A stretch of DNA of 64,000 bases from an uncultured Synergistaceae bacterium (GTDB lineage Bacteria > Synergistota > Synergistia > Synergistales > 79-D21), in contig CAYRNZ010000003.1 of assembly GCA_964425765.1 (NCBI GenBank), positions 1,221 through 65,220 on the forward strand, read 5' to 3'. Positions within the stretch are counted from its first letter, which is position 1; each line of letters opens with the position of its first letter. Below, piece after piece: positions 1 through 12,042 of this stretch. The position numbers and the translations under genes are program-made. The notes beneath the pieces were generated by a model. The model did no database searches. It saw only the letters and a list, made by a program, of their open reading frames with translations, and was not told the DNA's origin.

Positions 1-922
1 CAAAAGGTTCGTCTTCAGAGGGGTTTCGCTCCGTTTCCTCGTTGTTGTCGGGATTGAGGCCCTTGATAGAGGGCAAGTCCAGAGGACTTGGGAGGTAGTC
101 CACAACCGCGTCGAGAACAAGTTGGATCCCCTTGTTCTTGAAAGCCGATCCGCAGAGTACCGGGACCACTTTCATGGAGACCGTCCCGTTTCGGATCGCC
201 CTCTTGAGGGTGTCCACCGGGACGTCTTTCCCCTCCAGGTAGAGTTCCATGACCTCTTCATCGACATCCGCAAGGGTCTCAACCAGCAATTCCCTTGCCA
301 TCTGCGCGTCCTCCACCAGTTCCGCCGGGACGCTCACAACCTTGTAGTCCGTTCCCAGCTCGTCCTGGTAGACAACGGCCTTGAAGGCGACGAGATCGAC
401 CATGCCCGTGAAGCTGTCTTCGAGCCCGATCGGGATCTGGATCGGCAAGGGCCTCGTACCCAGTCTCTCTCGCATTCCGTCGATGACCGCGTTGAAATCG
501 GCTCCCACGCGATCCATCTTGTTGATGAAGGCAATCCGGGGAACGCCGTACCTATCGGCCTGGCGCCAGACGGTCTCGGACTGGGGCTCGACACCGCCCA
601 CCGCGCAGAATACCGCTACTGCTCCGTCGAGCACCCGCATCGACCGCTCGACCTCGACAGTAAAATCCACGTGCCCGGGCGTATCAATTATATTGATATG
701 AGCCTCGTTCCAAAGGCAGGTCGTAGCGGCAGAGGTGATCGTTATCCCCCTCTCCCGCTCCTGCTCCATCCAATCCATCGTCGCCGCGCCTTCGTGCACC
801 TCGCCCATTTTGTGCTTCCTCCCGGTGTAGAAGAGGATTCGCTCGGTGGTCGTGGTTTTCCCCGCATCGATGTGCGCAGCGATACCGATGTTCCGGACAT
901 TTTTCAGTTCAGCTTTTGCCAT
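1..922 (-). CDS. fusA: Elongation factor G, N-terminal part (3' end of gene beyond left edge)
   Basis: Absent from the ORF track because it is edge-truncated. Reverse translation from the ATG at 920-922 gives [69 protein letters not shown]...[18 protein letters not shown], with the G1 AHIDAGKT and G3 DTPGH motifs. It follows rpsL-rpsG as in the str operon. Confidence 0.95.
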   Translation of the reverse strand, partial: MAKAELKNVRNIGIAAHIDAGKTTTTERILFYTGRKHKMGEVHEGAATMDWMEQERERGITITSAATTCLWNEAHINIIDTPGHVDFTVEVERSMRVLDGAVAVFCAVGGVEPQSETVWRQADRYGVPRIAFINKMDRVGADFNAVIDGMRERLGTRPLPIQIPIGLEDSFTGMVDLVAFKAVVYQDELGTDYKVVSVPAELVEDAQMARELLVETLADVDEEVMELYLEGKDVPVDTLKRAIRNGTVSMKVVPVLCGSAFKNKGIQLVLDAVVDYLPSPLDLPSIKGLNPDNNEETERNPSEDEPF

Positions 923-970
923 GGTCTAAGGCTCCCCGGTGCCGGCAGGTCCCGTCAGGACGCATCGGTT

Positions 971-1441
971 CTACCAGCGGTAATGCGCAAACGCCCTGTT
1001 GGCCTCCGCCATCTTGTGCGTGTCTTCGCGCTTTTTCATGGACGACCCCTCACCCTTGTAGGCGTCGCCGAATTCCCTCGCCAGTCGCTCGATCATGGGC
1101 ATCCCCTTCTTCGCCCGAGCGTACTGGATAATCCACCGGATCGCCAATGCCTCCGCCCTTTCAGGCCCCACTTCGACAGGAACCTGATAGGTCGCTCCGC
1201 CGACGCGCCGAGGCTTGACCTCCACGACCGGCTTCACGTTGTCCATGGCTTTCCGGAAAACCTCGTCCGGCTGGGTATTGAGCCGTTTTGCGGTCAGTTC
1301 GAGCGCCCCGTAAACGATCCTCTCCGCGGTGCTTTTCTTGCCGCAGTACATAACGCAGTTCACGAACTTCGTGAGAGTCGGCATGCCGAACACGGCATCC
1401 GCACTCACGCTTCTCTTCCTGATGTGCCCCTTACGTGGCAT
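971..1441 (-). CDS. rpsG: 30S ribosomal protein S7
   Basis: 156 aa, [10 protein letters not shown]...ATYQVPVEV...AFAHYRW, a typical S7 sequence. ATG at 1439-1441. Confidence 0.97.
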   Translation of the reverse strand: MPRKGHIRKRSVSADAVFGMPTLTKFVNCVMYCGKKSTAERIVYGALELTAKRLNTQPDEVFRKAMDNVKPVVEVKPRRVGGATYQVPVEVGPERAEALAIRWIIQYARAKKGMPMIERLAREFGDAYKGEGSSMKKREDTHKMAEANRAFAHYRW

Positions 1442-1468
1442 ACGCTGAAGCCTCCCTTTCCGAAAAAA

Positions 1469-1840
1469 CTATTTCGGGCGACGGGCGCCGTACTTCGAAC
1501 GGCTCTTCCGGCGGCCTTCTACCCCACCGCAGTCGAGCGTTCCACGGATGATGTGGTAGCGCACGCCTGGCAGGTCCTTGACGCGGCCCCCGCGAACCAG
1601 GACAACCGAGTGCTCCTGAAGGTTGTGCCCAACACCCGGGATGTAGGCCGTTACCTCGATCCCGTTTGTCAGGCGGACACGGGCCACTTTCCTCAAAGCG
1701 GAGTTCGGCTTCTTCGGCGTAACCGTGTAGACCCGCGTGCAGACACCCCGGCGCGAAGGGTTACCCTGAAGGGCAGGAGCGCTCGAGCGCTGCCTCTTGT
1801 CTTCCCGCCCGATTCGGATCAATTGACTGATCGTTGGCAA
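1469..1840 (-). CDS. rpsL: 30S ribosomal protein S12
   Basis: 123 aa, [13 protein letters not shown]...[19 protein letters not shown]. The start codon is TTG (plus-strand caa at 1838-1840), preceded by AAGGAGGGAG. Confidence 0.97.
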   Translation of the reverse strand: MPTISQLIRIGREDKRQRSSAPALQGNPSRRGVCTRVYTVTPKKPNSALRKVARVRLTNGIEVTAYIPGVGHNLQEHSVVLVRGGRVKDLPGVRYHIIRGTLDCGGVEGRRKSRSKYGARRPK

Positions 1841-1857
1841 AGAACTCCCTCCTTTCC

Positions 1858-2124
1858 TTATTCGATATTTTCGAAATTCTCCTTCAGAATTCCGGCAACG
1901 GACGCCTTTCTGGTGATGGCCCCCGCTCGACCCAGCATTTCCATGGTTTCACACCACTCTACAGAAATGCCCCGCTTGCCGGCTTCTGCCAGGAGCTCCA
2001 TGACATGTTTCTCCGCGGCGTCTTTCGCGAGAAAGATTTTTTCGACCTGCCCAAGCTGCATTTTGCGGAGAACCTGGCGTTTCCCTACAACACGCCGGCT
2101 CGTGGCAAGCTCGCCTAAAGGCAC
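1858..2124 (-). CDS. L7Ae/L30e-family ribosome-associated protein (YbxF/RplGB-like)
   Basis: Core [59 protein letters not shown] resembles Bacillus YbxF. It sits between rpoC and rpsL as in Firmicutes. I prefer the GTG at 2124 (GGGAGGGG 6 nt upstream) over the track's TTG at 2166. Confidence 0.75.
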   Translation of the reverse strand: MPLGELATSRRVVGKRQVLRKMQLGQVEKIFLAKDAAEKHVMELLAEAGKRGISVEWCETMEMLGRAGAITRKASVAGILKENFENIE

Positions 2125-2238
2125 AGCAATCCCCTCCCGTGCGGACGCACCGAGACATATTATCAACCGGGGAAGCCCCTGTCAAGAAAAAGGACTTCCC
2201 CGGCTTTGAAGAAAAAACGGAGCGTCAGTTTTTTGGCT

Positions 2239-5200
2239 TCAGCAGGTTTCCTGCATTTCGAGACGCCGGTAGTTCTCCGATCCGGTACCTGCGGGGATCA
2301 GGTGCCCGATGATGACGTTTTCCTTGAGCCCTTTCAGGTTGTCGACGTCTCCGCGAACCGCAGCCTGTGCCAGGATCTGAGCGGTTTGCTGGAAGGAAGC
2401 GGCGCTCATGAAGCTGTCGGTGGCCAGGGCTGCCTTCGTTACGCCATGCACGACTGACCTGAATTGCGGCTCCTCCCTCATCCTCCGGACAAACGAGACC
2501 CTCTGGATGAGACGTTTGGTTTCCATGGAACCCGACTTCGGCCGGACAACCAGTTCCTGGAATTCACCCTTGACAAGGCGGTCGATAACTTCCCCGCTAA
2601 TGTCCGTCCCCGCATCGGCCAGGAGGTTCCCCTTGCCGTCGCTTACCGGTTCAAGCAAAACCTTCCCGTAAGCGATCTCCGTCAACACCTGCCCCAGCAG
2701 TTTTTCCCGGGTCACGATCTCCCTGGTTTCCCCCTCCAGTTCGACCGCGGCGATCTGCCCCTCCACTAGGCCTCGGACGACTCTTCCGTCCACGATGCGC
2801 CCGATGTCGTTGACCTGGTTTCCCTGGGCGTTGATCACCTGCTTGATCGGCCTGCTGAAGTATTTTTCTATAAGATGGTGGTTCAAGGCATCGTCGATAT
2901 TGTGCCGGCTGAGAGTCCGCCAAACCTTCACCGCAGATGCGCCGGCCTTCTTGAGCTTTTCCTGTGCATCCGGGGTCAGGGGCCGGTCACGACCCACCAC
3001 GGCCACACCATCCGAAAGGACGTCTTCAGCAAGATAGGCGCTCTTTTCGAGCGATGCCAAGGTATCCGTGTCCCTGACACAAAGCGTTTGCGGTTTCCCT
3101 CGCGTAATGGAGAGCAACTCCTGGAGGTCGAGGGATTCCGTCGCCTTTATGTCCCCGTTTTCCCCGAGAGAGACGGGCGCGATCAGTTCGAGTCCCTCCA
3201 TCTCCCTCCGGAAGGCCGCTTCTCCGAGGATCACCCGGGTTTGCCCGGAGGCATCCTCCACCGTTATCTCACGCACGGTCGACCCCGGTGCAAGGAGGCG
3301 TTCGATCGTGTCGGGTTCGAGTTCCCTGCCCTTCAGCGAAGCGAGGTTCTCGATCCCCCCGCCTTCCGTATCCCGCATGACCTTTCCGCGCAGAAATTCG
3401 ATCGCTTCGTCGATGCAGCGGTCGTTTTCTTTGCGGATACGGTCCAGCTCCTGGTCAAGATCGTCCTTCCATGCAAGTTCGTTGGCAACAAAGGAACTGT
3501 CGCCTTCCTCGGTTATCCTTACCCTGTTGACGGGAGCAACCTTGCGCAGGATGACCTCGATGTGCTTGTTGTTGATTGAGACGCCCTGTGAGAAATAGAC
3601 TTCCTGGATGCCGTCCACGAGGTACTTCTGCACCGCTTCCAGCCCCTCCACCTCGAGAAGCTGCTGGGGATCGATGTACCCTTCGGTCAGGGTCTGTCCT
3701 TTCTTCACGAGCTGCCCTTCTTCAACGAGAAGGTTTTGCGAGGCCGGTACAGTGCAGACGACCTTTTCCCCTTCGTCCTCGCCCTTCCCGATGATGACCT
3801 TCCGTTTGCCTTCCATTTCCCTGATTTCGAGGACCCTGCCGTCGGCCTCCACGAGCTGGGCCACCTTTTTAGGCCTTCTGACCTCAAAAAGCTGTTCGAT
3901 CCTCGGAAGCCCCTGTGTGATGTCCTCGCCGGTCAGGCGCACACCGCCCGTATGAAAGGTCCTCATCGTCAGCTGGGTTCCCGGTTCCCCGATGGATTGG
4001 GCCGCCACGACGCCAACCGCCTCTCCGATAGCCACCGTTTTCCGCGTGGCAAGGTCTCGTCCGTAGCATTTCTGGCAAATGCCGTTTCTCAGTCCGCAGG
4101 TCATCGGGCTCCTTACCCAGACTGCCTCGATCCCGGCACTCTCGATCCTCGAGGCGATGGCCTGGCTGATTTCATCCCCGCCCTGCACCAGGACTTCTCC
4201 TGTCGAGGGATCCTCGATATCCACCAGCGCTGTCCTGCCCGCGATTCGGTCCGCCAGCATGACGACAGTTTTCCCGTCCTGGACCAGGGCGCAGATCCTT
4301 GTCCCCTTGTCGGTCCCGCAGTCTTCCTCCGTGATAATCAGGTCCTGGGCCACATCCACCAGGCGGCGCGTGAGGTATCCGGACTTTGCCGTACGGAGGG
4401 CCGTGTCAGCAAGCCCTTTCCTGGCCCCGTGAGTCGAGATGAAGTATTCGAGCATGTTGAGCCCGTCGCGGAAGTTGGCCACGATCGGATAGTCGATGAT
4501 GCGCCCGGAAGGATCCGCCATCAGGCCGCGGATGCCCGCCATCTGGGCTACCTGGTTCTTGCTTCCGCGAGCTCCCGAGTCGATCATCATGCGCAGGGGA
4601 TTCGCCTGTTCCATGTTCGCCACGATGTCATCGGCTATCTGCCTGGCTGCTTCGGACCAGAGGATTTCCTTCTGCCTCAGGTACTCCTCTTCCGTCAGGA
4701 TCCCCATGCCGTACTGGGCGGATAGTTCTTCTTCCTGTTTCATGGTCTCGTCCACGGTGGTCTTCTTGCTCGGCGGAATCACGGCGCAGTCGAGCCCGAA
4801 GCTGATGCCGCTCCTCGTCGACCACTGGTAGCCCAGCAACTTGACGGCATCCAGCATGTCAACGATGGCCGCCTGCCCGACCTGGTCGTAGGCTTTGTCG
4901 ATGAGCGTCCCCAGGTCCTTCTTGCCGATCTGTTTGTTGATGTACCTGAGTTCCGCAGGCAGGACGCTGTTGAACAGAGCCCTTCCCGGGCTCGTATCGA
5001 TCCACTGGCCGTCCCATTTCATCCGGACTTTCGTGTTGGGGTGGACGACACCGTGGTCGATCGCGGCGAGTACGTCCTCGATGCTGTCGAAAGCCATACC
5101 TTCGCCCTTCTTGCCGTCCAGGGCCCCCGTAAGGTAGAAGATCCCGAGCACGATGTCCTGGGTAGGCGTGACGACCGGCCGCCCGCTCGCAGGGGAAAGG

Positions 5201-7155
5201 AGGTTGTTCGCCGAGAGCATCAGGATCCTGGCTTCGGCCTGCGCCTCCAGTGACAACGGAACATGGACGGCCATCTGGTCTCCGTCGAAATCTGCGTTGA
5301 AGGCGGTGCAGACAAGCGGCGGAAGGCGGATGGCCTTCCCTTCCATCAGGACGGGTTCGAAAGCCTGTATCCCCAGCCGGTGCAGGGTCGGTGCACGGTT
5401 CAGCATGACCGGGTGGTCCTTGATGATTTCTTCCAGGATGGCCCAGATTTCTTCCCGGCCACGTTCGATGATTCGCCGGGCGCTTTTCACGTTCGGGGCA
5501 AGTCCCCTTTCGACCAGCTTGTGCATGACGAAAGGCTTGAAGAGTTCAAGGGCCATCTGTTTGGGCAAGCCGCACTGGTAGATGCGCAGCTTGGGACCGA
5601 TAACGATGACCGAACGGCCCGAATAGTCGACCCTTTTTCCCAGGAGGTTCTGGCGGAATCGGCCTTTCTTCCCCCGAAGAAGGTCGCTCAGGCTCTTCAG
5701 TGTCCGGTTACCGGCTCCAAGGACGGCTTTGCCCATCCTGCCGTTGTCGATGAGGGCGTCCACCGATTCCTGGAGCATCCGTTTTTCGTTGCGGATGATG
5801 ATCTCCGGGGCCCGCAGCTCCTGGAGCTTGCGGAGCCTGTTGTTGCGGTTGATCACCCGGCGGTACAGGTCGTTCAGGTCGGAAGTGGCGAACCTGCCGC
5901 CCTCCAGCTGGACCATGGGGCGCAAGTCGGGCGGGATGACCGGCAGGACTTCCAGGATCATCCATTGCGGTTTGCTCGCGCTCTTCCTGAAGTCCTCGAC
6001 GACCTGCAGCCGCTTGATCAATTTCCGCTTCTTCTGGCCCGTCGTCTCGGAGATCTCTTCCCTCAGGGAGGCCGCCATTTCGTCCAGGTCCAGCTTGTTC
6101 AGCAATTGCTGGACTCCCTCGGCCCCGATGCCTGCGGAGAAATCCCTGTCATAGGCCGCGCAGAGGTGCTGTTCCCTCTCGAGGATGATATCTCCCCTTG
6201 CAAATGCTGATTCTCCCCCATCGATGACGAGGTAACAGGGATCCTCGATGGTCACTGTCTCCGGCTGGGTCTGGAACCTCCCGGGGTATTTCTGGTTGTA
6301 GAGCTGCACTTCACTGACGGCAAGGACGTCGTTCTTTTGGAACGGCAGGTGCGCGACCGCGGTAACGATAAAGGCCTCCTGGTTGCCCACCAAAGCCCTC
6401 TTGATGCCGGGGATCGCTTCCGCGCCGCCGCGTTCCTCTATTTCGCCGGCCGAAAGGATTTCTCCGGGTCCCTCGGATTCGCCCAGCTCGACACGGAACG
6501 CCGGTTCCACCTTGAAGAACTCGTCACCGTAGTCCGCCTTGAAACGCGAAACCTGGCTGGCCGAAACGAGATCTCCCTCGTCGACGGGTACATCGTCGAC
6601 CTGGAAGACCCTGAAGGCCTCCTCCGCCTTGAACTTGGGGTCGTAATGGGAATGAATCCTCTCCTCCGAGGCATCGATCAGGTCCCCGCGACGAGCCAGG
6701 TCCGTGCGCCTGCCCTCCATGACAACCTTGAATACCGGTTTTCTCTTGCGGATCGGAGCGAAGTAGACCACCTTTTCCAGATCCTTCGTCGCCGTTCCCA
6801 GAAGAAGGCTCAGCCGGCTGGGAATTCCCCGGAGGTACCAGATATGGACGACCGGGGCAGCCAGTTCTATGTGCCCCATCCTCTCGCGGCGGACACGGTT
6901 GTCGGTCACTTCCACCCCGCACCGGTCGCACAGGATGCCCTTGTACTTGGGGCCACTGCGCTTGTATTTCCCGCAGGCGCACTCGTAGCTGCGGGTGGGG
7001 CCGAATATCCTCTCGCAGAAGAGCCCGTCCTTTTCCGGACGAAGCGTCCGGTAGTTGATCGTTTCGGGCTTCTTGACCTCGCCGCTGGAGAGTTCACGGA
7101 TCCTTTCCGTGCTTGCCAGCTTGATGCGGACTCCGACGATTTCGCGACGGCTCAT
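2239..7155 (-). CDS. rpoC: DNA-directed RNA polymerase subunit beta-prime, unusually long (1638 aa)
   Basis: Zn-finger CACGKYKR...CDRCGVEV, the NADFDGDQM catalytic motif, trigger loop TFHTGG, and C-terminal [11 protein letters not shown]...[16 protein letters not shown]. The ATG sits immediately after the rpoB TAA. Confidence 0.98.
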   Translation of the reverse strand: MSRREIVGVRIKLASTERIRELSSGEVKKPETINYRTLRPEKDGLFCERIFGPTRSYECACGKYKRSGPKYKGILCDRCGVEVTDNRVRRERMGHIELAAPVVHIWYLRGIPSRLSLLLGTATKDLEKVVYFAPIRKRKPVFKVVMEGRRTDLARRGDLIDASEERIHSHYDPKFKAEEAFRVFQVDDVPVDEGDLVSASQVSRFKADYGDEFFKVEPAFRVELGESEGPGEILSAGEIEERGGAEAIPGIKRALVGNQEAFIVTAVAHLPFQKNDVLAVSEVQLYNQKYPGRFQTQPETVTIEDPCYLVIDGGESAFARGDIILEREQHLCAAYDRDFSAGIGAEGVQQLLNKLDLDEMAASLREEISETTGQKKRKLIKRLQVVEDFRKSASKPQWMILEVLPVIPPDLRPMVQLEGGRFATSDLNDLYRRVINRNNRLRKLQELRAPEIIIRNEKRMLQESVDALIDNGRMGKAVLGAGNRTLKSLSDLLRGKKGRFRQNLLGKRVDYSGRSVIVIGPKLRIYQCGLPKQMALELFKPFVMHKLVERGLAPNVKSARRIIERGREEIWAILEEIIKDHPVMLNRAPTLHRLGIQAFEPVLMEGKAIRLPPLVCTAFNADFDGDQMAVHVPLSLEAQAEARILMLSANNLLSPASGRPVVTPTQDIVLGIFYLTGALDGKKGEGMAFDSIEDVLAAIDHGVVHPNTKVRMKWDGQWIDTSPGRALFNSVLPAELRYINKQIGKKDLGTLIDKAYDQVGQAAIVDMLDAVKLLGYQWSTRSGISFGLDCAVIPPSKKTTVDETMKQEEELSAQYGMGILTEEEYLRQKEILWSEAARQIADDIVANMEQANPLRMMIDSGARGSKNQVAQMAGIRGLMADPSGRIIDYPIVANFRDGLNMLEYFISTHGARKGLADTALRTAKSGYLTRRLVDVAQDLIITEEDCGTDKGTRICALVQDGKTVVMLADRIAGRTALVDIEDPSTGEVLVQGGDEISQAIASRIESAGIEAVWVRSPMTCGLRNGICQKCYGRDLATRKTVAIGEAVGVVAAQSIGEPGTQLTMRTFHTGGVRLTGEDITQGLPRIEQLFEVRRPKKVAQLVEADGRVLEIREMEGKRKVIIGKGEDEGEKVVCTVPASQNLLVEEGQLVKKGQTLTEGYIDPQQLLEVEGLEAVQKYLVDGIQEVYFSQGVSINNKHIEVILRKVAPVNRVRITEEGDSSFVANELAWKDDLDQELDRIRKENDRCIDEAIEFLRGKVMRDTEGGGIENLASLKGRELEPDTIERLLAPGSTVREITVEDASGQTRVILGEAAFRREMEGLELIAPVSLGENGDIKATESLDLQELLSITRGKPQTLCVRDTDTLASLEKSAYLAEDVLSDGVAVVGRDRPLTPDAQEKLKKAGASAVKVWRTLSRHNIDDALNHHLIEKYFSRPIKQVINAQGNQVNDIGRIVDGRVVRGLVEGQIAAVELEGETREIVTREKLLGQVLTEIAYGKVLLEPVSDGKGNLLADAGTDISGEVIDRLVKGEFQELVVRPKSGSMETKRLIQRVSFVRRMREEPQFRSVVHGVTKAALATDSFMSAASFQQTAQILAQAAVRGDVDNLKGLKENVIIGHLIPAGTGSENYRRLEMQETC

Positions 7156-10100
7156 TTACGCATCCTCCCTCTCGTCGGCCAAATCCTTTTCATCCGGTTC
7201 CTCTTCCTCGAACGCCGAATCCAGTTCCTTCGGATCGACGAAAAGCATTTCCTCCGTCACGCCGCCGAAAGACTGGGGCGGGGTTTCTTCGTCCGATTCA
7301 ATGTCCACGATCTGCGGACGGGGCCTTGAAGCACCCTGCACCGCCACCTCTTCGTCCTCGTCTTCCAGGAGGACTTCGCCCACGGAACCGTCGTCGTACA
7401 TGATTTCGACGTCAAGTGCAAGTCCCTGGAGTTCCTTGACAAGCACCCTGAAGCTTTCGGGGACCCCTGGCTTGGTGAGGTTCTGCCCCTTTACGATCCT
7501 TTCGTAGGTCTTCAGGCGCCCCCGGATATCGTCCGACTTGACGGTCAGGATTTCCTGCAGGATGTGGGAGGCTCCGTAACCCTCCAGGGCCCAGACCTCC
7601 ATCTCTCCGAAACGCTGGCCGCCGAACTGGGCTTTCCCGCCTAGCGGCTGCTGCGTGATGAGGCTGTAGGGCCCGATGGACCGGGCGTGGATCTTGTCGT
7701 CGACAAGGTGGATGAGCTTGAGCATGTACATGTAGCCCACCGTGACCTTGTTTTCCATAGCTTCCCCCGTACGGCCGTCGTAAATGGTGATCCGGCCGTC
7801 CTCCGCGATTTCCGGGTAATCTCCTGCGGAAAGCCCCTTGACCCCGTCAAAGATGTCCTGCTCCTTGGCCCCTTCAAAAACGGCCGTTGCGACTTTCCAC
7901 CCGTTGTGGACAGCGACGAACCCCATGACGGTCTCCATGACCTGCCCCAGGTTCATGCGGCTGGGAACCCCAAGCGGGCTGAGGACAACATCGACCGGGG
8001 TCCCGTCCGGGAGATACGGCATGTCTTCCACGGGGAGGATCTTGGACACGACCCCCTTGTTCCCGTGCCGCCCGGCGATCTTGTCTCCTTCGGAGATCTT
8101 GCGGAGCTGGGCCACGTACACCTTGACGACCTCGTTCACGCCGGGGCTAAGATCGTCGCTGTTCTGGTCGATGGTCAGGCGCTTGACGGAAACGATCTTG
8201 CCTCCCTCGCCGTTCGGCACCCTCATGGACGTGTCGCGAACTTCCCGGGCTTTCTCCCCGAATATGGCCCTCAGGAGTTTTTCTTCCGGGGACTGGTCCG
8301 ATTCCCCCTTGGGAGTGACCTTGCCGACCAGGATGTCGCCGGCGCGAACGTCTGCTCCCACTCGGACGATGCCGTTCTCGTCAAGGTTTTTCAGCGCATC
8401 CTCGCCAACGTTCGGGATGTCGCGGGTGATCTCTTCCGGGCCGAGTTTGGTATCCCGCGCCTCGACCTCGTATTCTTCGATGTGGATGGACGAATAATGA
8501 TCCTCCTGGACGAGACGCTCGTTCAGGAGGATGGCATCCTCGAAGTTGTAGCCTTCCCATGAAACGAATGCCACGAGGACGTTTCGACCGAGGGCCAGTT
8601 CCCCGTGGTCGACGGACTGTCCGTCGGCGATGATATCTCCGGCTTCCACCCGGTCGCCGGTGGACACGATGGGCCTCTGGTGGATGACCGTACCCTGGTT
8701 CGAGCGCCGGAATTTAGTGAGGTTATAACCTTCCACCGTTCCCTTTTCGGAGCGGACCTCGATCCTGTTGGCATCGACGAAAACGACGGTTCCGGTTTTC
8801 CGGGAACGAATGCAGCAACCCGAATCCTTGGCAATGTGATGCTCGATCCCCGTCCCGATGATCGGTGCCTGCGGCAGGACAAGAGGAACAGCCTGACGCT
8901 GCATGTTCGACCCCATCAGGGCCCGGTTTGCGTCATCGTGCTCCAGGAACGGTATAAGGGCTGTGGAGATCGAAACGATCTGCTTGGGGGAGACGTCCAG
9001 GAAGTCTATCCTGGAAGGCTCGACCGCCTCGATTTCGCCCCGGAAACGCACGTGCACTTCCGGACCGACTATCCTTCCATCCTTGTCGACCGGCGTGTTC
9101 GCCCTGCCGATGTAATATCCGTCTTCCTCGTCCGCAGACAGGAAAACGATCTCATCCGTGACGAGCCCGTCCACCACTTGTCTCCGCGGGGTTTCGAGGA
9201 ACCCGTATTCGTTGATGCGGGCGTATGTCGCCAGCGATGTGACAAGGCCGATGTTCGGACCTTCAGGGGTTTCTATCGGGCAGACACGCCCGTAATGGGT
9301 ATAGTGGACGTCCCGCGCCTCGAAGCCCGTCCTTTCCCTGCTTAGTCCGCCAGGGCCCAAGGCCGAGAGGCGGCGCCTGTGTGTCAGTTCCGCCAGGGGG
9401 TTTGTCTGGTCCATGAACTGCGAAAGCTGGGCAGACCCGAAAAACTCGCGCAGCGAGGCCGAAATCGGTCGAACGTTGATAAGATCCTTGGCCGTAGCGT
9501 TCGTAAGGTCCGGCAGCGTGGTCATCCTTTCCTTCGCGATCCGCTCCATCCTGAGAAGGCCGATCCGGACCTGGTTCTGCAAGAGTTCTCCGACCGCTCT
9601 AACGCGGCGGTTCCCCAAGTGGTCGATATCGTCTTCTTTTTCCTCAGCGTTCCGGAGGCGCAGTATCCCGTTGATGATCGAAACGACGTCGTCGATGGTC
9701 AGGAGCCGCTGGCTCTCAGGGATCTCCAGGCCGAGCCGCTTGTTTAGCTTGTACCTGCCGACCCTTCCCAGGCTATACCTGCGCGTGTCGAAAAAGAGTC
9801 CGTAAACGTATTCCCGCGCGTTCTCCATCCGCGCAGGTTCGTTCGGCCGTAGACGCCGGAAAAGCTCCAGAACGGCGTCTTCGCCCGAACGGGAAGTATC
9901 CCTTTCCAGGGTCGCCGCGATGGAGTTATCGACGTTCCACAACCAGATCTTCGTCATGCCAAGTTCAAAAAGCAATTCCAGGTGTTCCTTTGTCAGGCGG
10001 TCGTTCCTGCGGATCAGGACTTGTCCTTCCTTGTCCAGGACAGCCTCCGCAAGCAGGCGTCCCCTGGCCTCGTCGTGCAGTTCCACAAGATCGACCTGCT

Positions 10101-10773
10101 CGGGTTTCGCCCCGAACAGTTTCAGGATTTCCTCGTCGCTCGTCGCCCCGAACGCTTTCAGGAGCATCGTAACGGGAATCTTTTTCCGATTGTCGATGTT
10201 GACGGACAGGATATCCCCCGGGGTCAGGTCGAATTCAAGCCATGCCCCCCGATCGGGAATGACCTTCGCCGCATAGGACTCTCCACCCGGGACAGTGGTG
10301 TCGGAGCTGAAATAGACTCCCGCAGAGCGAGCCAGCTGGTTGACGACCACCCGTTCCGTCCCGTTGACGATAAAAGTTCCCCTGTCGGTCATGACGGGAA
10401 AATCGCCGAGGTAAATTTCTTCCTCCTTGATTTCGCCGTTCTTCCGGTTCACCAGCCTGATCGTCGCACGGACCGGCTTCGACCAGGTCAAATCGCGCTG
10501 CCTTGCTTCCTCTTCCTGGATGGCGGGTTCGTCCACGAAGTAGCGGACGAATTCCAGAGCAAAGGAACCGTCATAGCTCTCGATAGGGAAAATTTCGGAC
10601 AGGATTTCCTGCAACCCCTGAGTCTCCCTGGAATCGGCCTCCGTTTCCTCCTGGAAGAACCACCCGTACGAATTCTTCTGGACTTCTACAAGATCGGGTA
10701 AATCGACAAGATCCTTCGCTTTTCCAAAAACTCGGCGCTGGAGATGGCTCTTAGCGGGGGCAAAAACTGTCAT
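7156..10773 (-). CDS. rpoB: DNA-directed RNA polymerase subunit beta
   Basis: Motifs [37 protein letters not shown] and [16 protein letters not shown], plus an acidic C-terminal tail. I set the start at the ATG at 10771-10773 ([18 protein letters not shown]), with GGGAGG about 11 nt upstream. The track start at 10842 adds 23 unlikely residues. Confidence 0.96.
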   Translation of the reverse strand: MTVFAPAKSHLQRRVFGKAKDLVDLPDLVEVQKNSYGWFFQEETEADSRETQGLQEILSEIFPIESYDGSFALEFVRYFVDEPAIQEEEARQRDLTWSKPVRATIRLVNRKNGEIKEEEIYLGDFPVMTDRGTFIVNGTERVVVNQLARSAGVYFSSDTTVPGGESYAAKVIPDRGAWLEFDLTPGDILSVNIDNRKKIPVTMLLKAFGATSDEEILKLFGAKPEQVDLVELHDEARGRLLAEAVLDKEGQVLIRRNDRLTKEHLELLFELGMTKIWLWNVDNSIAATLERDTSRSGEDAVLELFRRLRPNEPARMENAREYVYGLFFDTRRYSLGRVGRYKLNKRLGLEIPESQRLLTIDDVVSIINGILRLRNAEEKEDDIDHLGNRRVRAVGELLQNQVRIGLLRMERIAKERMTTLPDLTNATAKDLINVRPISASLREFFGSAQLSQFMDQTNPLAELTHRRRLSALGPGGLSRERTGFEARDVHYTHYGRVCPIETPEGPNIGLVTSLATYARINEYGFLETPRRQVVDGLVTDEIVFLSADEEDGYYIGRANTPVDKDGRIVGPEVHVRFRGEIEAVEPSRIDFLDVSPKQIVSISTALIPFLEHDDANRALMGSNMQRQAVPLVLPQAPIIGTGIEHHIAKDSGCCIRSRKTGTVVFVDANRIEVRSEKGTVEGYNLTKFRRSNQGTVIHQRPIVSTGDRVEAGDIIADGQSVDHGELALGRNVLVAFVSWEGYNFEDAILLNERLVQEDHYSSIHIEEYEVEARDTKLGPEEITRDIPNVGEDALKNLDENGIVRVGADVRAGDILVGKVTPKGESDQSPEEKLLRAIFGEKAREVRDTSMRVPNGEGGKIVSVKRLTIDQNSDDLSPGVNEVVKVYVAQLRKISEGDKIAGRHGNKGVVSKILPVEDMPYLPDGTPVDVVLSPLGVPSRMNLGQVMETVMGFVAVHNGWKVATAVFEGAKEQDIFDGVKGLSAGDYPEIAEDGRITIYDGRTGEAMENKVTVGYMYMLKLIHLVDDKIHARSIGPYSLITQQPLGGKAQFGGQRFGEMEVWALEGYGASHILQEILTVKSDDIRGRLKTYERIVKGQNLTKPGVPESFRVLVKELQGLALDVEIMYDDGSVGEVLLEDEDEEVAVQGASRPRPQIVDIESDEETPPQSFGGVTEEMLFVDPKELDSAFEEEEPDEKDLADEREDA

Positions 10774-10832
10774 GGGAGTTACGACCTCCCTTAAGGGGTT
10801 TTTGGGGACATTTCTAGAGGTGACGAAGGCGC

Positions 10833-10861
10833 ATAATAGCAAAAAGGCCGCGCGATGTCAA
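10833..10861 (-). promoter_or_regulatory. Sigma-70 type promoter upstream of rpoB
   Basis: The minus strand reads TTGACA-(17 nt TCGCGCGGCCTTTTTGC)-TATTAT, about 60 nt upstream of the rpoB ATG and just downstream of the tRNA-Leu 3' end. Confidence 0.7.
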
Positions 10862-10901
10862 CAGACAGGCACGACCTGGCATGAACCTTACCGGATTTTT
10901 A

Positions 10902-10988
10902 TGGTGTCGAGGGGGGGAGTTGAACCCCCACAGGCTAATGCCCACTAGAGCCTGAGTCTAGCGCGTCTACCAATTCCGCCACCCCGAC
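10902..10988 (-). tRNA. tRNA-Leu (anticodon CAG), type II with long variable arm, CCA encoded
   Basis: Hand-folded sequence: GTCGGGG TG GCGG AATTGGTAGA CGC G CTAGA CT-CAG-GC TCTAG TGGGCATTAGCCTGT GGGGG TTCAACT CCCCC CCTCGAC ACCA. It has a 7-bp acceptor stem, 5-bp anticodon and T stems, and a T-loop TTCAACT. Total length is 87 nt. Confidence 0.9.
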
Positions 10989-11007
10989 ATCAAGACCAAC
11001 AACCGGG

Positions 11008-11036
11008 ATTTTAGCAACCCGACTCCCTTTTGGCAA
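11008..11036 (-). promoter_or_regulatory. Sigma-70 type promoter upstream of tRNA-Leu
   Basis: The minus strand reads TTGCCA-(17 nt AAAGGGAGTCGGGTTGC)-TAAAAT. The -10 element ends about 19 nt before the mature tRNA 5' end. Confidence 0.65.
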
Positions 11037-11046
11037 GACCTCCCTG

Positions 11047-12042
11047 CTATTCCGGAAGGATGGAACTGCCGGAGGCCCGTTTGAGCCTATCCCTAAGGGC
11101 AAGTCCTACCCGCGCTTCTTCCGGCCAATCGGCGACGATGACGCGGGCACCCGACCTCTCAAGTTGCCTCAAGGAAGAGAAAAGTCCCCGCGCGTAGGCT
11201 TCGAGGTCCGCGAAAAGCAGGACGAAACCGAAGGAACCGACGGGGGGACGTATCCCCACATAAGCCCTGTACTCGGGTTCCCACCCTTCGACCTTTCCCC
11301 AGACGCACTCGTCCTCTCGGAGAAGTAGCGGGATTCGCGGAGCATAGTGCCGATAGCGGGTCCCAGGTGAACGACGGGCTATCCCTTCCTCCCCGCCGGG
11401 GAGGAGAGGCCGGTACCCTAAAAATCCTTCCAGCATCTCTATGGAGACGCCTCCAGGCCTTAAAAGTACCGATCGATCTCCCGTGACGTCCAGGACCGTG
11501 GACTCGACCCCGACCCTGGTTGCCCCTCCATCCAGGATGATATCGACTTTTTCACCCAGGTCTTCCGTTGCAGCCTCGGCATCGGTAGGGCTAGGACGGC
11601 CGCTCAGGTTGGCGCTCGGCGCCGCGACCGGCACTTCCGCAAGACGGATTAGTTCCATGGCAACGGGCTGGGCGGGCATTCTCACGGCCACGGTAGGCAA
11701 GTTTGCCCTTACCTCGGCCGGGACGTTTTCCCGCGCAGGCAGGACAAGGGTCAGCGGACCCGGCCAGAAACGACTCATGAGTTTCCGCGCCGTGTCCGAA
11801 AGAAAGGCGACCCTGCCGGCCTCGGAAATCTCCGCCACGTGGACGATCAGGGGATTGTCGGGAGGCCTGCCCTTGGCCTCGAAAATCTTCATAACCGCCC
11901 TGGCGTCGAGAGCGTTCGCCCCTAGCCCGTAGACGGTCTCCGTCGGGAAAACGACAAGCCCGCCCTGCCTCAAGACCAGCGAAGCTTCAAGCAAAGCCTC
12001 TTCGGCCGTCCCGCCCCTGACATCGAGAACTCTTGCTCTCAT
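11047..12042 (-). CDS. tsaC: L-threonylcarbamoyladenylate synthase (Sua5/YwlC type, with C-terminal Sua5 domain)
   Basis: 331 aa. YrdC-fold motifs are [26 protein letters not shown] and [13 protein letters not shown], followed by a C-terminal extension of about 120 aa. Its ATG overlaps the tgt stop (ATGA). Confidence 0.9.
   Translation of the reverse strand: MRARVLDVRGGTAEEALLEASLVLRQGGLVVFPTETVYGLGANALDARAVMKIFEAKGRPPDNPLIVHVAEISEAGRVAFLSDTARKLMSRFWPGPLTLVLPARENVPAEVRANLPTVAVRMPAQPVAMELIRLAEVPVAAPSANLSGRPSPTDAEAATEDLGEKVDIILDGGATRVGVESTVLDVTGDRSVLLRPGGVSIEMLEGFLGYRPLLPGGEEGIARRSPGTRYRHYAPRIPLLLREDECVWGKVEGWEPEYRAYVGIRPPVGSFGFVLLFADLEAYARGLFSSLRQLERSGARVIVADWPEEARVGLALRDRLKRASGSSILPE

Noticed and set aside
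122-2209. 695-aa plus-strand ORF, the longest plus-strand ORF at the left end of the window
   Set aside because: It runs antisense across four unmistakable conserved genes (fusA, rpsG, rpsL and the L7Ae-like gene). Its Arg/Pro/His/Gly-rich, low-complexity composition is typical of antisense frames in GC-rich DNA. It has no recognisable motif and no SD.
10862-11046. tRNA-Leu as a possible integration site for a genomic island
   Set aside because: The flanks are housekeeping genes (tsaC on one side, rpoB on the other). There is no integrase, and I saw no direct repeat of the tRNA 3' end within the neighbouring few kb. I saw no obvious compositional break either.
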